Shown piece after piece: positions 37,388-47,785 of a DNA stretch of 48,192 nt. How positions within the stretch are numbered: the stretch's first letter is position 1; every line of letters begins with the position of its first letter. The notes under the pieces are model-generated. The model worked only from the letters and a program-made list of their open reading frames with translations, was not told the origin of the DNA and made no database searches. The translations under genes and the position numbers were made by a program. This DNA is from a virus (lineage: Duplodnaviria > Caudoviricetes): IMG/VR virus record IMGVR_UViG_3300030330_003556, positions 1 through 48,192 of that record. One strand, 5' to 3'.

Positions 37388-37424
37388 TGTAGTTACGATC
37401 GCCCCGTAGGGCGACCGCTCTACA
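37388..37424 (-). promoter_or_regulatory. GC-rich intergenic RNA hairpin with cUACGg tetraloop and no U-tract
   Basis: Minus strand UGUAG-AG-CGGUCGCCC-UACG-GGGCGAUCG-UAA-CUACA. Confidence 0.7.
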
Positions 37425-37430
37425 GTTTGA

Positions 37431-38261
37431 TTAATCGTTTAATCTTTTTTCTATATTTTTATACACTTCCATACCCTCATCAGTTTTAAACCAATGCGCT
37501 AAAGCAGTGTAAGGGTGCTCGTCAAAAGGTACAGTCATTAATTTTCTACCATTACTACCCCACAAAAAGTCTCTTTGATCAGATGACAATCTTATTATAC
37601 CGCTTTCAGCGGCTCTAATACCAAAGTTTCTTAGCATTACATTTTCATCATCTGCTAATTCTAAGAACAATTTAGGGTTGTTACGAGCAAATAGTAATAA
37701 ATCTCTTCTAAGTTCCTTAGAACTCAAGTTTGATACCTTAGAACCAACTTCTACACGCATAATAGCTTCTGCCATATCAATATCAATGTTTCTAGCAGCG
37801 CTTAAAGCATCTACTTGCATTTCTAACACATCTATCTCTTCAGCAGCTATAGCAGCAGGCTTGTATTCTTCAAAAATTATATCTTTGTGTGGGTGATATA
37901 AACTTAATAGCTTTTGCAAAACGGTCTCTTCTTTAGCCACAAATAAAGTTCCGTTTCTAAATATAATATGAGACAGTCTTTGATCACCTTTCATTTCATC
38001 TACAAAACAAGTTTGTTGATTTTGACAATATTTTAATTCTCTTTGATAACCTTTTTCTTCATCAAAGTAGTAAATGTTTGCGGCTTTAATTGATCTTGAT
38101 ATTGGTTTATTTTTTCCTTTTAAAAAATAAACTCTATCTTTTATTTCCCACTCGTTTTTAGGTTTAATTCTTTCTCTTACTTTTGGTTGTTCTACAACCG
38201 GTGCAGTTTCTACAACTGCTTCTACTTGAGGTTTTTTTACCTCTGTTTTTTTCTTTGCCAT
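37431..38261 (-). CDS. hypothetical protein downstream of major capsid gene
   Basis: 276-aa ORF with a low-complexity N-terminus, within the head module. Confidence 0.7.
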   Translation of the reverse strand: MAKKKTEVKKPQVEAVVETAPVVEQPKVRERIKPKNEWEIKDRVYFLKGKNKPISRSIKAANIYYFDEEKGYQRELKYCQNQQTCFVDEMKGDQRLSHIIFRNGTLFVAKEETVLQKLLSLYHPHKDIIFEEYKPAAIAAEEIDVLEMQVDALSAARNIDIDMAEAIMRVEVGSKVSNLSSKELRRDLLLFARNNPKLFLELADDENVMLRNFGIRAAESGIIRLSSDQRDFLWGSNGRKLMTVPFDEHPYTALAHWFKTDEGMEVYKNIEKRLND

Positions 38262-38285
38262 AATATAATATATAATAAAATTAAT

Positions 38286-38320
38286 AAAATAAAAGGCCGA
38301 GGCCGAAGCCCCGGTCTTTT
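38286..38320 (-). terminator. intrinsic terminator after major capsid gene
   Basis: AAAAGACCGGGGC-UUCG-GCCUCGGCCUUUUAUUUU, with a cUUCGg tetraloop and U-tract. Confidence 0.88.
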
Positions 38321-38332
38321 AATATAAATAGT

Positions 38333-39826
38333 TTACTTCATTAACATAAAGTTGTTAGCACCTTGAGTAACTAAACATCTTTCTGATAACATGTGGATTT
38401 GCATAACATCTAAAGCAGAAGTAGCAGCACCAACTGAACCAGTAACCCAAGTCTTCATTCTTCTATCGTCAGTTTGAGAAGCTCTGTATCTAACGTGTAA
38501 GAAAGGTCTCTTAAGGTTTGTACCTAGCATTTGATCGTAAACTGTAGAAGTACCAGCAGGAACAATAATCCCTCTAATAGCTCCAGCAGAATAAGCGTCG
38601 TTAATACCACCTCTAGTAGCTTTGTCGTTTAAGTATCTAAAGTCAGACTTGTAGAAATCGTAAGAACCTCTTCTGAAACCAGAGAAACCTAAGTTAAGCG
38701 CCATATCTTCTGAGTTAGAAAATACTCCGTAAGAAGTACCACCAGCTCCGTAAGAGTTCATAGAAGCTAACATATCGTCCATAGCTAGAGACGTAGCTCT
38801 ATTTACAAATAACATGTTTTCTTCAATAGCACCTTGCTTGTCAAACTCAGCAAGTATTGCATCAAACTCAGCTAAGTCAGTAGCAGCATTAACACCAGTA
38901 ATACCAGAAGTAACATTACCTCTTTCTTCAATAGCGTTAAATAAACCTTGAGTACCAGTAACTTCACCACCACCAGCGTATAAGTGAGAGTCTGTTAAAT
39001 CAGCAACACCACCAGTGTAACCACCAGCAGCACCTCCTTTAACAGCTTCTAACATAGTCATTTCTAAGTAGTCAGTAAATCTAGCTCTTGTATCAGCTTC
39101 AGCTTTTAAGTACCATAAGTAACCTGCAGCACCCATTTCAGAAGTAACTTCAACCCAGCCAATTCTAGCAGCATCAGAACCTGATACTTCGTAGTAATCT
39201 TTCATAATAACTGGTTTGTTAGAAAAAGATTTGAACTCTGGCTCGTTAGCACCTCTAGTTTCGCCACCATCGTAGTTATCACCTTTCTTAAATTCAGAAC
39301 CATAAACTAATATGTTAACCGAATTAGCACCTTGGTTGTCAGCAAACACATCGTTTAAGTCTACAACTCCATAAGGAGCTACTTCAATAACGTTACCGTT
39401 TACTAACGTAACTAATGCTTTAACTGTACCTTCAGAACTAGCGATAATAACAGTATCATTTTTTCTAATACCGTGATCAGAACCAGCTGCTTGACCATCG
39501 ATGTCATTACCAATAGTAATTTGTCCACCTGCAATTGTACCAGCATCACCATCAGTGATTTGTCCAGTATAATGTAGGTGTAAACGACCTTGCTCAGACC
39601 AAATAACTTGGTCAGCGCTCATCGCTTCTTCAGCTCCAACTTGTGATAAGAAACCTGAAATAGTTCTTGGTCCGAACACTTCAGCTTCTTTCTCCATTAG
39701 ATCTGGTAAATATTGTTGCGCCCAGCCTTGTCCAGCTGTAGACGTAAAATCAAAGTAGTTTGTAGATAATGTTTGCTTTTGTGGAGCAGCAACACTATTT
39801 AAACTACCTCCAGGAGTAATTGCCAT
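38333..39826 (-). CDS. major capsid protein
   Basis: 497 aa; follows portal and scaffold; followed by a strong terminator; WSEQGRLH and LNLGFSGFRRGSYDFYK segments resemble Flavobacteriia phage capsids. Confidence 0.85.
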   Translation of the reverse strand: MAITPGGSLNSVAAPQKQTLSTNYFDFTSTAGQGWAQQYLPDLMEKEAEVFGPRTISGFLSQVGAEEAMSADQVIWSEQGRLHLHYTGQITDGDAGTIAGGQITIGNDIDGQAAGSDHGIRKNDTVIIASSEGTVKALVTLVNGNVIEVAPYGVVDLNDVFADNQGANSVNILVYGSEFKKGDNYDGGETRGANEPEFKSFSNKPVIMKDYYEVSGSDAARIGWVEVTSEMGAAGYLWYLKAEADTRARFTDYLEMTMLEAVKGGAAGGYTGGVADLTDSHLYAGGGEVTGTQGLFNAIEERGNVTSGITGVNAATDLAEFDAILAEFDKQGAIEENMLFVNRATSLAMDDMLASMNSYGAGGTSYGVFSNSEDMALNLGFSGFRRGSYDFYKSDFRYLNDKATRGGINDAYSAGAIRGIIVPAGTSTVYDQMLGTNLKRPFLHVRYRASQTDDRRMKTWVTGSVGAATSALDVMQIHMLSERCLVTQGANNFMLMK

Positions 39827-39845
39827 AATTTTTAATTTTTAATTG

Positions 39846-41075
39846 TTAATTTCTATTTTTAATTCTAAACTTGTAAACAGAATCATCATTATCAAGGGCT
39901 CTTACTTTAAAACCACTAGTGTTCAAGTTTTCAACATGAGACTGTCTTGGATCCATACTAACATTTTTTGACTTGGCAATGCTTTCTTTTATAGCATCGG
40001 CTCTCCCTTGTTCATAAAAATGATTAGCAACTCGATCCGGGTTCATAGCTGTAAAAAGTCCTTTGTGGTAACCAGCAGCATCTTTCATGCTATTATCTTT
40101 ATTAAGAAACTTTCCTATAAAGTTATTAATATCACTTTGAGTGTTTTTTACCTTTTCAACGTCTTTAATGTTAAATCTAAATTTTTTCTCACCGACATTA
40201 TATTCAAAACCTTTGAACTTGTCGTTAAAAACTTTATCAGATTTTAATTTAAAAGCTTGTTGCATTTTTTCATTTGACTCTGATTGCTCGTTGTATCTGT
40301 TGAAAAAATCAATAGCCTTCTGTTGTTCTGGAGTCAGTTTACTTCCAGCTTTAATTTCTTCATAATATTTGGATTTTACACTTTCCAAGTGTTGCTTTGC
40401 AGAAGCAACTTGCTCCTTCATAGCTAATTTTTTTCTTTTTATTTCTTTTTCTGTGTTTTCTTCTTCGTCATAAGCGAACGTATCTTCCATTAAAAAATCT
40501 ATTTCTTCACTAGAAAGATGTGGTTTTGTTTGCTTGTAATACTCGTGTAACAAAGTTTGATTATCCATTTCTGAATAATCTTTATTTATAGAAACATAAT
40601 CTTCTAAACTACCACCAGTTTCATTTATAAAGTCTACAAGTTTTTGTATATTTTCTGGTAGTGGCTCTCCAGTTTCTTCAGCTTTAGTAATAGCGTCAAG
40701 CGCTTCTGTTTCTAATTCTTCAACCTCTTCATTAACTACTTCTTCTACAACTGGATCTTCTTGTGTTTTTTCTTCCTGTTGTACTTCTTCTTGTTCTTGT
40801 GTGGCTGAGGCGTCTTCAACGAGTTCAACCACTCCTGATTCGTCAGTGTTATCTTCTGTAGTTTCTGCTGCAACTTCTTCTTTAGTTTCATTTTCTGGTT
40901 TTTCACGTAGATCAACTTTAGTTACAGTTTCTGTTTCTTCTACTTTAGATTCTTTGCTTAAATCTACTTTAGCAACTGTGTCTTCTGTTTTTGCTAATGA
41001 TTTTTTTGGTTTTGTTTTTACTTTTATTTTACCAGTTTCGTTATCTACCACTGGTTTTTCTTTTTGTTTTGCCAT
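39846..41075 (-). CDS. capsid scaffolding protein
   Basis: Very acidic Glu-rich N-half and helical C-half; between portal and capsid. Confidence 0.75.
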   Translation of the reverse strand: MAKQKEKPVVDNETGKIKVKTKPKKSLAKTEDTVAKVDLSKESKVEETETVTKVDLREKPENETKEEVAAETTEDNTDESGVVELVEDASATQEQEEVQQEEKTQEDPVVEEVVNEEVEELETEALDAITKAEETGEPLPENIQKLVDFINETGGSLEDYVSINKDYSEMDNQTLLHEYYKQTKPHLSSEEIDFLMEDTFAYDEEENTEKEIKRKKLAMKEQVASAKQHLESVKSKYYEEIKAGSKLTPEQQKAIDFFNRYNEQSESNEKMQQAFKLKSDKVFNDKFKGFEYNVGEKKFRFNIKDVEKVKNTQSDINNFIGKFLNKDNSMKDAAGYHKGLFTAMNPDRVANHFYEQGRADAIKESIAKSKNVSMDPRQSHVENLNTSGFKVRALDNDDSVYKFRIKNRN

Positions 41076-41102
41076 AATATAATATAATAATAGTTAATAA
41101 TT

Positions 41103-43508
41103 TTATCTTGGACCAAATTGAGACATGTCACCTATGCTCTCTCCACCTAATATATCATTACCTGCTGATTCAAAGTTTTTAGGTGGTTTGTTATTTTTTC
41201 TTTGGTCTATAAGCTCACTTTGTTGTGTGGCTTGTATTTTTGTTCTTTTATCTTTTCTGTCTTCTTTTTCTTTAGCGCTGGCAGATTTTTTATCTTGTTC
41301 AACACCTTGTAATTTCATATTGTAAATAAACTCTTGCTCCATTAACATCTTTTTTATCTCAGCTTCTTGATATAGTTTGTTTATTTCTAAATTGTTTTTA
41401 GCTTGTTCTAATTGAACTTGAGTTTGTACTAATGCTTGTTGTTTTTGTACTTCTGCTTGAGCTGCTACTTGTTGTGATTGCGCGTTAGCTTGAGCTTGCG
41501 CTTGCATGTTTTCTTGTTGTAGCTTTTGGTCTCTTTGTATTTTCTTTCTTCTTCTTATCTTTAATAATTGATTTGCAAGTTTTATATTTTTTATATCTCT
41601 TAAATCAATAGCGTCTTCTAACTCTATACTTCCTTGCCCTAAAGCTGCTTGTATATTGTTTTCAAGTATTGCTTTTTCTTCATCATCCGGGCTTAGCTCT
41701 ATAAATATACCAAAATCATAAAGGTGCAGTTGAGTCATTTCAAAAAGAGTAGCAACACTATGGCTACCTATTTTTTGTATAAAAGCTTCTTTGGTAGGTG
41801 AGTACTCTATAATATCAGATATTCTTAGTGATAATTGTTCTGCTGTTTCTTGTGTTAAAAATAAACCACCTTTTAATATATGTCTAGTTGCAGTATTTGA
41901 ATTAGCAGCAGCCATTTTTTGAACACCAACTAAAGCTTTTGGATCTGGACTTGCAGCGTCTCTAGCTTCATTTAAACCAGTAGTGTCTCTTATCATTTGT
42001 AAATAATAATTATAATTACCTACTAAAGCTTGTATTTTGTTACCACCACTACCACTAGTTATTTCTTGTATCGGTACTTTACCAGGATTCATATCACCTT
42101 CACTAGTAAAACTTCTACCTATAACACTACCTGTTTGGAAAAACATGTTTAAAGCTTCTTGTGGGTTGTAACTAGTTCCGTTACCTAAATCTATTTCAGC
42201 CAAACCATCAGCATCTAAATAAACACCATCTGGCACCATACGAGACATAACTTGTTGTAGCTTTAAATGTGTCAACTGTATCATATCTGCAAAACCAGTA
42301 ATTCTACTTACAAGTGATTCGATACGTCCTTCATACATACGAGGCGCACATATAGCGTAGTTCATTTTAACTTTACTATAATCACTTTTTGGCCTCATCA
42401 TGTTTTTAGCCATACCCCAATTTAAAAGTTTTTTAGTACCTAAAACTAAAGCACCTTCATACAAAACTTCTACTTTTCTAGATTCCATAGTAAAGTTTTG
42501 ATTTGTACCAGGATTAAAACTATCATCTTTAAGTATAGCTTTATCAGCGCCACTAGCTGTTTGTTTTATTTTATAAACCTCGCCCATATAAGACTTATAA
42601 TTAAAGTATAATATTTTTACTTGATTATTATCGTCTTTTTGTTCTCTATATTGTTTTTCGTTATATTTACCGTAGTTTTTATTATTGTATTCTGTTATTT
42701 CTTTTAAATCTTTTTCTTCTAAATGAGGAAACTGTTTCACAAGTTCGTTAACAGGTATTGTTTTAACTTCTCCTACATAATATATGTCTTCAAAATAAGG
42801 TGATTCTGTATGTGAGTAAACTAAATTTTCTGGATCTACATATTCAATAGTGACGCCCTCAGAAGTATTAAATGTAGTTTTGACAGCACCGATACCTAAA
42901 ACAGTTAAATCATAATAAAATCTTTTAGAAACTAAATCATATCTATTACCTTCCATCAATGTAGTTATAGCTTGTTCTTCTGCTATTTCTACAGACTGCT
43001 TGTAATTTAATTGCATGTGAAGATCTAATTCTTCTTGTGAGTCAGGCAATAAAGATGGGCTTTGATTAAATAAATCCATACCAAATTTATCTTTTACAAA
43101 ACTTTTTAAATCTCTAGTTCTCATATCTTCCATGATTTTATTCATGTACTGAGTTCTTTTGCTAACACCAAAAGGATCTTGAGAATAAACTTTTATATCA
43201 TAAACTCTTTCAGATATTCCATTTACAACTAAATCTACAAATTTAGGTATTATAGGAACTGGTTTCCAGTCTAGATTTAAATAACTTAAGTCTCCGTTTA
43301 TAGATAATTCGTTTTTATATTTCTCTATAGGCTGTTCTCCTCTAGCATATAATCTTAAGTTTCTAAAATTATTTCTATTATATATATATCTGTTTGAGTA
43401 GTTGTCTTTGTCAAACCACTCACCCTCTATAGCTTTTGCTACTTTGAGCCCATATTCATAGCTCAATTTTTCTGCATCACTAACTACTTGACTTGGAAAT
43501 TGCCTCAT
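41103..43508 (-). CDS. portal protein
   Basis: 801 aa directly after terminase; LRLYARGEQ and PVPIIPKFVD..VNG; Gln-rich C-terminal barrel helix. Confidence 0.88.
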   Translation of the reverse strand: MRQFPSQVVSDAEKLSYEYGLKVAKAIEGEWFDKDNYSNRYIYNRNNFRNLRLYARGEQPIEKYKNELSINGDLSYLNLDWKPVPIIPKFVDLVVNGISERVYDIKVYSQDPFGVSKRTQYMNKIMEDMRTRDLKSFVKDKFGMDLFNQSPSLLPDSQEELDLHMQLNYKQSVEIAEEQAITTLMEGNRYDLVSKRFYYDLTVLGIGAVKTTFNTSEGVTIEYVDPENLVYSHTESPYFEDIYYVGEVKTIPVNELVKQFPHLEEKDLKEITEYNNKNYGKYNEKQYREQKDDNNQVKILYFNYKSYMGEVYKIKQTASGADKAILKDDSFNPGTNQNFTMESRKVEVLYEGALVLGTKKLLNWGMAKNMMRPKSDYSKVKMNYAICAPRMYEGRIESLVSRITGFADMIQLTHLKLQQVMSRMVPDGVYLDADGLAEIDLGNGTSYNPQEALNMFFQTGSVIGRSFTSEGDMNPGKVPIQEITSGSGGNKIQALVGNYNYYLQMIRDTTGLNEARDAASPDPKALVGVQKMAAANSNTATRHILKGGLFLTQETAEQLSLRISDIIEYSPTKEAFIQKIGSHSVATLFEMTQLHLYDFGIFIELSPDDEEKAILENNIQAALGQGSIELEDAIDLRDIKNIKLANQLLKIRRRKKIQRDQKLQQENMQAQAQANAQSQQVAAQAEVQKQQALVQTQVQLEQAKNNLEINKLYQEAEIKKMLMEQEFIYNMKLQGVEQDKKSASAKEKEDRKDKRTKIQATQQSELIDQRKNNKPPKNFESAGNDILGGESIGDMSQFGPR

Positions 43509-43509
43509 A

Positions 43510-45726
43510 TTAATTTTTTATTATTCTTGAAACACCACCAGTATTGTTATACTTGGAGATGGTTATGTTTAATTTAGGTTTTTCTATTTTAGCATTTGGT
43601 CTATATAAGTTTCTGTTACACGCCATAATTGCTAAACCGCTACTTATGGTAGCGTCAAACTTAGTTCTTTTTGTTATATCAAACTTAGCCCAATCATTTA
43701 AAGTTTTGTTGAAATATATATTACCATAATTACCATCTTGTAAATGACCAACGTGTTGTTGTATATACATTTCCACAGCTGCTGCATGAGCTTGTTTTAT
43801 GTCTTCACTAGAATTAGGTATACCACCTATTTCTTTTTCTGTTACTGATAATTTGTTCCAAATTTTATCTGGCCTATTCATCGAGTAACCTCTATAACCT
43901 CTACGTCTTAAATGATATAAAAGTCTAGGTTTATTATTTTCTGCTAGTAATGGCATACCATAAAATACTAAAGCCATCAACACATCTTCAAAAAATATTT
44001 CTGCAGTTTGTGGTCTAGCTATGTATTCTAAAAACATATGGTTAGGTGGCGCATCTTCCATACTAAACTTAGTCAAACCGTGTAAGGCTCCATTAGAACC
44101 TCTACCATCTACAGTACCACTAATATCATAACTATCACAACCAAAAGCGCCCATGTGTTCGTTACCAGGGTATCTTATACCGTTTTTTATAATCATTTTG
44201 TTTTGTAAATGATTTGGTGGAAACCAACTAATATTAAACCTACCTTTTGGATCTGGGTAAAATATTACTTGTGTATCTTTAACACCTTTAACCCATTGAA
44301 AATTACCAACGTTTATATTTCCTTGAGCACCAATACCTTCGTTGTAATCTATCTGTTCATATATTTTAACTAAGTTAAATATACTGTTTTTAGCTTCGTC
44401 TCTAAACGCATGTTCTTCAGTACGTGGAAACTGTCTATAAAACTCGTTTAATGCGTCTTGATCATTTTTTAAACCTTCAGCTTCATTATTCCAATGATCA
44501 ATTATACCATAATCTATTAATTCACCGTCGGGTCCGATAACATCATCACTTGGGTTATTAAATACAGGGTTTCCGTATTGGTCAATAAAGCCTTCGTAGT
44601 TCCATTCCATTGGGATAAAAAGAGAATATAAACCAGACTTTGTTTGTCCATTACGATTTCTTTTTGTAACGTCTGAATCATAATAAAGTTTTTTAAAATT
44701 TGCACCTCCTTTATCCAGTGAATTACTAGTACTACCCATCATACATTTACCAACTATTCTAGCACCTAATCTTAAACAAGTTTTTGTTACTCTCCAGTTG
44801 TTTAATATATTATCAGGTCTTTCCCATTTGCCACTTTCATCGTGTACTAGTAAATTTAACTTTTCACCATCATAGCTATTATCACCTGTATTTTTCCAGT
44901 CTATAGTTGTATCTAATCCTTTAATATCTTCTTGCTTTTCGTTCGCAGTAATTTTTTTACGTGTAAACTTACTAGCAGGAACTCTGTAGGCCAGTTCGGA
45001 CTTTGGGCGATCCATACCATCTTGGATAGGTTTAAAAAAGAAAGGATAATTAATCGATATAGGAACAACCTTATCTGTAAACATTTTTTTAGCATCAGCA
45101 CCACTTTTAGATAATATACCATATCTACTATCACTTGATATTGTAGCTAAATTAACTGTTTCCGCGCTTGACATGAAACTAAAACCACTACGTCTATTTT
45201 TAAGGTAAGCCATACCATAACACCTTTTGTCCGCTTTACAAGCTTCCCAAAATATAAAAAATAATCTGTTTGCTTCTCTAAAGTCTGGGGCGCCTACGTC
45301 TATTTTACTCCATTGTAAATACATGTAATGACTACCTGTTATGTATGTCGGTTGGTTATTATTTATAAACCAAAAGCCTTCGTCTCTACGTTTAAACTCT
45401 TCGTCTATATAGTCAAACCATTTTTGTTTTTGATCTTCTGGATACGCTCTCCAGTCAAATATATTTTTAAGTTTACTTAACTCTTTAGGATAATTTATTT
45501 TTTTCCATTTGTTTTCTTGCAATCTATGTACTTGCACGGGCACAGATGGTAAAGCAATTTGCAAGTTTTGTATTTCAAGTATTTGACCAATTTTACCAGT
45601 TTTTGATATAACGATAATATCATGTTCTTTATTGTATCCATATTTCCATTTTTTACCACGGTTCATCCGTGTGATTGTTGTCTTCTTTACAGGTTCTACG
45701 ACCTTAACTAAATTTTGCTTGTACAT
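43510..45726 (-). CDS. terL: terminase large subunit
   Basis: Walker A-like KNRRSGFS, Walker B LLVHDESGKW, coupling motif GST, nuclease GCDSYD and C-terminal FDA. Confidence 0.9.
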   Translation of the reverse strand: MYKQNLVKVVEPVKKTTITRMNRGKKWKYGYNKEHDIIVISKTGKIGQILEIQNLQIALPSVPVQVHRLQENKWKKINYPKELSKLKNIFDWRAYPEDQKQKWFDYIDEEFKRRDEGFWFINNNQPTYITGSHYMYLQWSKIDVGAPDFREANRLFFIFWEACKADKRCYGMAYLKNRRSGFSFMSSAETVNLATISSDSRYGILSKSGADAKKMFTDKVVPISINYPFFFKPIQDGMDRPKSELAYRVPASKFTRKKITANEKQEDIKGLDTTIDWKNTGDNSYDGEKLNLLVHDESGKWERPDNILNNWRVTKTCLRLGARIVGKCMMGSTSNSLDKGGANFKKLYYDSDVTKRNRNGQTKSGLYSLFIPMEWNYEGFIDQYGNPVFNNPSDDVIGPDGELIDYGIIDHWNNEAEGLKNDQDALNEFYRQFPRTEEHAFRDEAKNSIFNLVKIYEQIDYNEGIGAQGNINVGNFQWVKGVKDTQVIFYPDPKGRFNISWFPPNHLQNKMIIKNGIRYPGNEHMGAFGCDSYDISGTVDGRGSNGALHGLTKFSMEDAPPNHMFLEYIARPQTAEIFFEDVLMALVFYGMPLLAENNKPRLLYHLRRRGYRGYSMNRPDKIWNKLSVTEKEIGGIPNSSEDIKQAHAAAVEMYIQQHVGHLQDGNYGNIYFNKTLNDWAKFDITKRTKFDATISSGLAIMACNRNLYRPNAKIEKPKLNITISKYNNTGGVSRIIKN

Positions 45727-46004
45727 TACTTAGATCTACCTTCTGCGAATCCTTTAAAGACTTTTTTCTCTGCCTCTTTAGGTGTTTTGCCCTCAAGCAA
45801 GTTTTCTTCTTCTTGGATTCTGTTAAGTATTTCAAACGCGTCAAATATAGCTAGTTTTTTAGTAGCTGCGGCATTTTTTAATCTATCAGCACTAACGTCA
45901 TCATCTGTGTTTGTAATAATCTTTTCTTTAGCAACGTTAATTAATTCTTCAACTGCTCTGTGCCCAGCTTGGATTATAAGCCTCTTCGTTTCCTTGATAT
46001 TCAT
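45726..46004 (-). CDS. small helical protein, terminase small subunit candidate
   Basis: TAATG-coupled to terL; positional inference. Confidence 0.5.
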   Translation of the reverse strand: MNIKETKRLIIQAGHRAVEELINVAKEKIITNTDDDVSADRLKNAAATKKLAIFDAFEILNRIQEEENLLEGKTPKEAEKKVFKGFAEGRSK

Positions 46005-46539
46005 ATTTAATTGTAATAAATTTATTTAAAACTCTATATAATCTTTTACCATCGATCACAAACTCGTAAGTTGAAAAAGGCGTAAATCCTACAAGGTCGT
46101 TAACTTTGTTAACACCGTCAGTATATTTAACTATACCTATACACTCTTCCTCTTCGCCTGGTTTTAGTTTGTCTCTCTGCTTAATTGGTTGAATGAAACA
46201 GTAACCGTCTACAGCGTTCCATTTATTGTTTCTTTTGTATAAAAATATTTGATCTGGTTTTACAAAATAAGTATTTTCATTAAAATAACTTCTACTGTTT
46301 TTTTCGTTACCTCTAACATCGTGCCAACGTCTAAACACATTGTGATGCACGATAACTGTATCACCAGGCTTTATTTTAGTTTTATAAGCCGTAGGTACAG
46401 ACTTAACAATAGCTTCTCTGTTTATAAACTGGTGATTAAATATCTCTGTGTTTAATATAAGATCTTTATCGCCAACTTTTTTAGTATTGTTGTATCTGTT
46501 ACCTTTTGGCTCTATAACAAAGTCAAAAGGCGCTTTCAT
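45949..46539 (-). CDS. GroES-like co-chaperonin with two tandem GroES-like halves
   Basis: F.IEP...LIL...A.V..VP...IKPGDTVIV and a second F.QP...G.VKY...V..NDLVGF...FVIDGKRLYRV. Confidence 0.6.
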   Translation of the reverse strand: MKAPFDFVIEPKGNRYNNTKKVGDKDLILNTEIFNHQFINREAIVKSVPTAYKTKIKPGDTVIVHHNVFRRWHDVRGNEKNSRSYFNENTYFVKPDQIFLYKRNNKWNAVDGYCFIQPIKQRDKLKPGEEEECIGIVKYTDGVNKVNDLVGFTPFSTYEFVIDGKRLYRVLNKFITIKYEYQGNEEAYNPSWAQSS

Positions 46540-46760
46540 TAGTACTCTAAATTATACTCTACAGATACTGCCATATTTTTATTAAAGTCTTTCCAAGGTA
46601 ACACGTCTTTGTTTTTTCTAATGTAAATAGAATATTTATCTTTTTCTTCTATTATGTCACATATAGTATGCCCACCATAAACATCTTGGCCCACGGCGTA
46701 GTGCATAGCGTTTTCCTTGTAGTCTTTACCTACAGTAATTTTTCTAATTAGCTTGCTCAT
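46539..46760 (-). CDS. hypothetical protein
   Basis: IRKITVG.DYK..AMHYAVGQ.VYGGH; TAATG-coupled to the next gene. Confidence 0.75.
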   Translation of the reverse strand: MSKLIRKITVGKDYKENAMHYAVGQDVYGGHTICDIIEEKDKYSIYIRKNKDVLPWKDFNKNMAVSVEYNLEY

Positions 46761-47010
46761 CGTGTTTAATTTCTCCAGTGTGAATATTAATATTATCAGT
46801 ACCGTATTCTTTTTTTAGTTCTTCTTGCATTTTAGCAAGCTCACCTTGTAAAGTAACAATATGATCTAACACAGCGTGCTTTCTAGTTTCTAAATGACCA
46901 ATTTCCATTTGGCCTCTGTTTAAGTTATTTATAACGTTTTGCACTTGGTTTAAATGCTCATTACTAATTCTTGTAGGCTTTTCTGCCTTTTTTGTTTTTC
47001 TTTTTGCCAT
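46744..47010 (-). CDS. small coiled-coil hypothetical protein
   Basis: Heptad pattern with L.KEYG..NINI.TGEI end. Confidence 0.7.
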   Translation of the reverse strand: MAKRKTKKAEKPTRISNEHLNQVQNVINNLNRGQMEIGHLETRKHAVLDHIVTLQGELAKMQEELKKEYGTDNINIHTGEIKHDEQAN

Positions 47011-47035
47011 TTTATTTAATTTAATTTTTATTATT

Positions 47036-47785
47036 TTATATGTATTGTCTTAACCAACCAGTTAACTTTTCTAAATCAGTGGCGTTTAAAACTCTGTCAC
47101 AATATACTAACTCATATATTATACCATCAAAAGGACCTGTTGTACCTACTTTCGTACCTACTACATTAAAATCTAAAGTTTCACCAGTGTTTGTAGAATT
47201 ACTACCACCTAATTCTTCTTTAGCAACTCCATTTTTATAAAACTTTAAAACACCATCTGCGTCTTTTGTAACTGTCAGTATAAATTTAGTGTCAATTAAC
47301 CACAAGTCACTTTCGCTAAAAGTAATTGTACTGTTTGTAGCGTTTGTACCGGCTGTTCTAACCCCTATCTTATCATCTGAGTTTTTAAATGTCACAAACT
47401 CTGTAGAGCCACCTCCAAGAACAGTTGTTTGTGTTGATGCACTTTCTCTTTTTACTACTACAGAAAGCGTGAACGGATTTGGATGACCAGCGTCAATTGA
47501 TGTTGTTAAATCTAAATGATCAGCTTCATCTAGTTCAAAATCCATACCACCTTCTGAAACAGTTGGTTTGTCGGCTGTTGTGTCTTGAAAAGCGTGATTG
47601 TTATTTCCAGAAGCGTCTTTCCAAGATAATCTATTAGCTGAAGTTCCGTCAGTTCCAGAATTACTAACTATTATACCACCTGTAGTTGTGTTTTGCAACC
47701 ATAACTTAAGAGTACTACCAAGATCTTTTGGTGTAAATGTTTCTGTAAATGAACTATGTATTAAACTGCTACCAAGCCCTAACAT
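47036..47785 (-). CDS. LamG/concanavalin-A-like beta-sandwich protein (likely virion decoration or fibre)
   Basis: MLGLGSSL start; LKLWL; W.DASGNNNHA.Q; FYKNG; FDG.IYE...DRVL. Confidence 0.75.
   Translation of the reverse strand: MLGLGSSLIHSSFTETFTPKDLGSTLKLWLQNTTTGGIIVSNSGTDGTSANRLSWKDASGNNNHAFQDTTADKPTVSEGGMDFELDEADHLDLTTSIDAGHPNPFTLSVVVKRESASTQTTVLGGGSTEFVTFKNSDDKIGVRTAGTNATNSTITFSESDLWLIDTKFILTVTKDADGVLKFYKNGVAKEELGGSNSTNTGETLDFNVVGTKVGTTGPFDGIIYELVYCDRVLNATDLEKLTGWLRQYI

Noticed and set aside
37388-37424. tRNA or standard intrinsic terminator
   Set aside because: Too short for a cloverleaf, and there is no U-tract on the coding strand
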